IMG/VR virus record: IMGVR_UViG_648276662_000013
Strand: one strand, 5' to 3'
DNA length: 6,185 nt
DNA from: a virus
Lineage: Duplodnaviria; Heunggongvirae; Uroviricota; Caudoviricetes
The notes under the pieces were generated by a model. That model ran no database searches and was not told where the DNA came from. It saw only the letters and a list, made by a program, of their open reading frames with translations. The stretch's first letter is position 1. Every line of letters begins with the position of its first letter. Positions 5,208 through 6,185 of the stretch are shown here, piece after piece. Both the position numbers and the translations under genes were made by a program.

Positions 5208-5495
5208 ATGATAAGGGACAGGAAAGCTGAAGAGCTGGAGTCAAAAGGGCTATACCGGAGAGCTGCCGCACGATGGGCAGAAGTCATGATGCTGGCAGAT
5301 GGCGATAAAGAACGTGAACATGCAGCAAAAAGACGCTCTGAATGTATCCGTAAGGCGGCACGCCCACCAGCAACTACAGACAGATTCGGAGATTTAAGAC
5401 AGGCAGTTAAGCGGACTCATTCGGCTCTTGGTATGGATGAGGAAGCGAGAGGGTACTTCAGGCGTTATCGCGATAAAGATTGCCAGAGACAGTAA
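5208..5495 (+). CDS. 95-aa basic, helix-rich small regulator; PerC/Pch-family-like transcriptional activator (by recall, unverified)
   Basis: ATG with good SD. N-terminal KAEELESKGLYRRAAARWAEVM resembles, from memory, the conserved core of PerC-family activators (Pfam PF06069). Divergently arranged from the RHH gene across a repeat-rich control region. Confidence 0.7.
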   Translation: MIRDRKAEELESKGLYRRAAARWAEVMMLADGDKEREHAAKRRSECIRKAARPPATTDRFGDLRQAVKRTHSALGMDEEARGYFRRYRDKDCQRQ

Positions 5496-5613
5496 TGCTC
5501 TCTCTCTGTTTTGGCAAATTCCCCCTCACTTTGAAGGGATCGGAGCTATAAAAATGGTGTTATCCGGCTTCCTCAAATTGAGGTTTCCGAAAAAATCAAT
5601 GGGTTAGGTCATC

Positions 5614-5627
5614 GTGCAAATTTGCAC
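5614..5627. promoter_or_regulatory. Perfect 14-bp palindrome GTGCAAATTTGCAC (candidate operator)
   Basis: Exact dyad symmetry in non-coding DNA. Followed 8 nt later by hairpin GCCAACG-CAATTTCT-CGTTGGC (5635-5656). Confidence 0.4.
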
Positions 5628-5771
5628 TCTGCCAGCCAACGCAATTTCTCGTTGGCGAAAATATCAGGTATTTACTGAACGAACGGTCTACCAGTCTATT
5701 CAGTTACCAGTTGCACATGGCTGTTTCATGTGAGAACGGAGGTTTTTTCGGACATCACTATTGGTTACAGC

Positions 5772-5796
5772 AATTTCACGAGCAATACGCGCGCGC
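5772..5796. repeat. Remote copy of the ~24-bp (CG)n-core motif: AATTTCACGAGCAATACGCGCGCGC
   Basis: Same orientation and same AATTTC-N-GA-N-CAATACGCGCGCG architecture as the copy at 3854-3877, about 1.9 kb away in another non-coding stretch. Preceded by hairpin CACATG-GCTGTTT-CATGTG (5714-5732) and a T6 run (5743-5748). Confidence 0.65.
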
Positions 5797-5880
5797 AGGA
5801 CAACAAGCCTGAACATGGTTACACACCTCGATCGTGAGGGATGTAGACAATGGCTTCTGGCCAAAGCACCCGAAAAAACC

Positions 5881-5902
5881 GTGTACATAAGGGTGTACAT
5901 AA
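5881..5902. repeat. Tandem direct repeat GTGTACATAA-GG-GTGTACATAA
   Basis: Two exact 10-bp copies separated by GG, each containing the palindrome TGTACA, in non-coding DNA. Confidence 0.5.
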
Positions 5903-6020
5903 TCAAAAACCGCATTAGAAATAAACCAGCTACAATGCGGCATTGAAGCCAATACTCTACAAACAGATTCAGAACATTGAATAACTCGTAACGCCAATTC
6001 TTACTTTTCAGCCTTCACAA

Positions 6021-6052
6021 ATGCCGCCCACTCAAACAGAGCGGCATTTTTC
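6021..6052 (+). terminator. Candidate intrinsic terminator-like hairpin + T-run
   Basis: ATGCCGC (6021-6027) pairs with GCGGCAT (6041-6047) around a 13-nt loop, then TTTTTCTT. The loop is long for a canonical terminator, and no upstream + strand gene is obvious. Confidence 0.3.
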
Positions 6053-6185
6053 TTCCCCGCAACTTCAATTCTGTTTTGCGTGCCTGCTCCAGATTTTGCG
6101 ATGTTTTTTTGCCCAGCACACTGAGAACGTGAGATACTCACAACTGTATATAAATGGGTCTTCCCCGATCATGGTGGGAAGACTC

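Noticed and set aside
5700-5997. Three overlapping small ORFs (5700..5915 -, 5761..5946 +, 5776..5997 -)
   Set aside because: They are mutually incompatible, lack SDs, are Cys/Arg-rich, and are built over palindromes, tandem repeats and a motif copy. Best treated as non-coding.

Overview
This 6.2 kb window looks like the accessory ('moron') end of a prophage or phage-derived element in an enterobacterial-type genome; that context is inferred from gene architecture only, since no homology search was possible. Two long, translationally coupled + strand genes fill 1-3299: a 5'-partial ORF and a 701-aa protein ending in a Gly/Ala-rich hydrophobic hairpin, ending just ahead of a hairpin + T-run. 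Converging on them is an AT-rich gene for a small 4-TM membrane protein. A 450-bp gene-free region (3740-4190) follows, carrying several same-orientation copies of a ~24-bp motif with an alternating (CG)n core and a perfect 24-bp palindrome. Next is a leftward two-gene module (RHH-domain protein, then a 73-aa tail-anchored membrane protein), divergent from a rightward PerC-family-like small regulator; the divergent region holds operator-like decamers and six copies of the 9-mer GTTGGTTCA. The last ~690 bp are non-coding with palindromes, tandem repeats and one more copy of the 24-bp motif. No rRNA, tRNA, CRISPR array, transposase or integrase was recognised. The best candidates for something undescribed are the RHH + small membrane protein module with its repeat-rich control region, and the dispersed (CG)n motif family. 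All product names are hypotheses from sequence features and recall.
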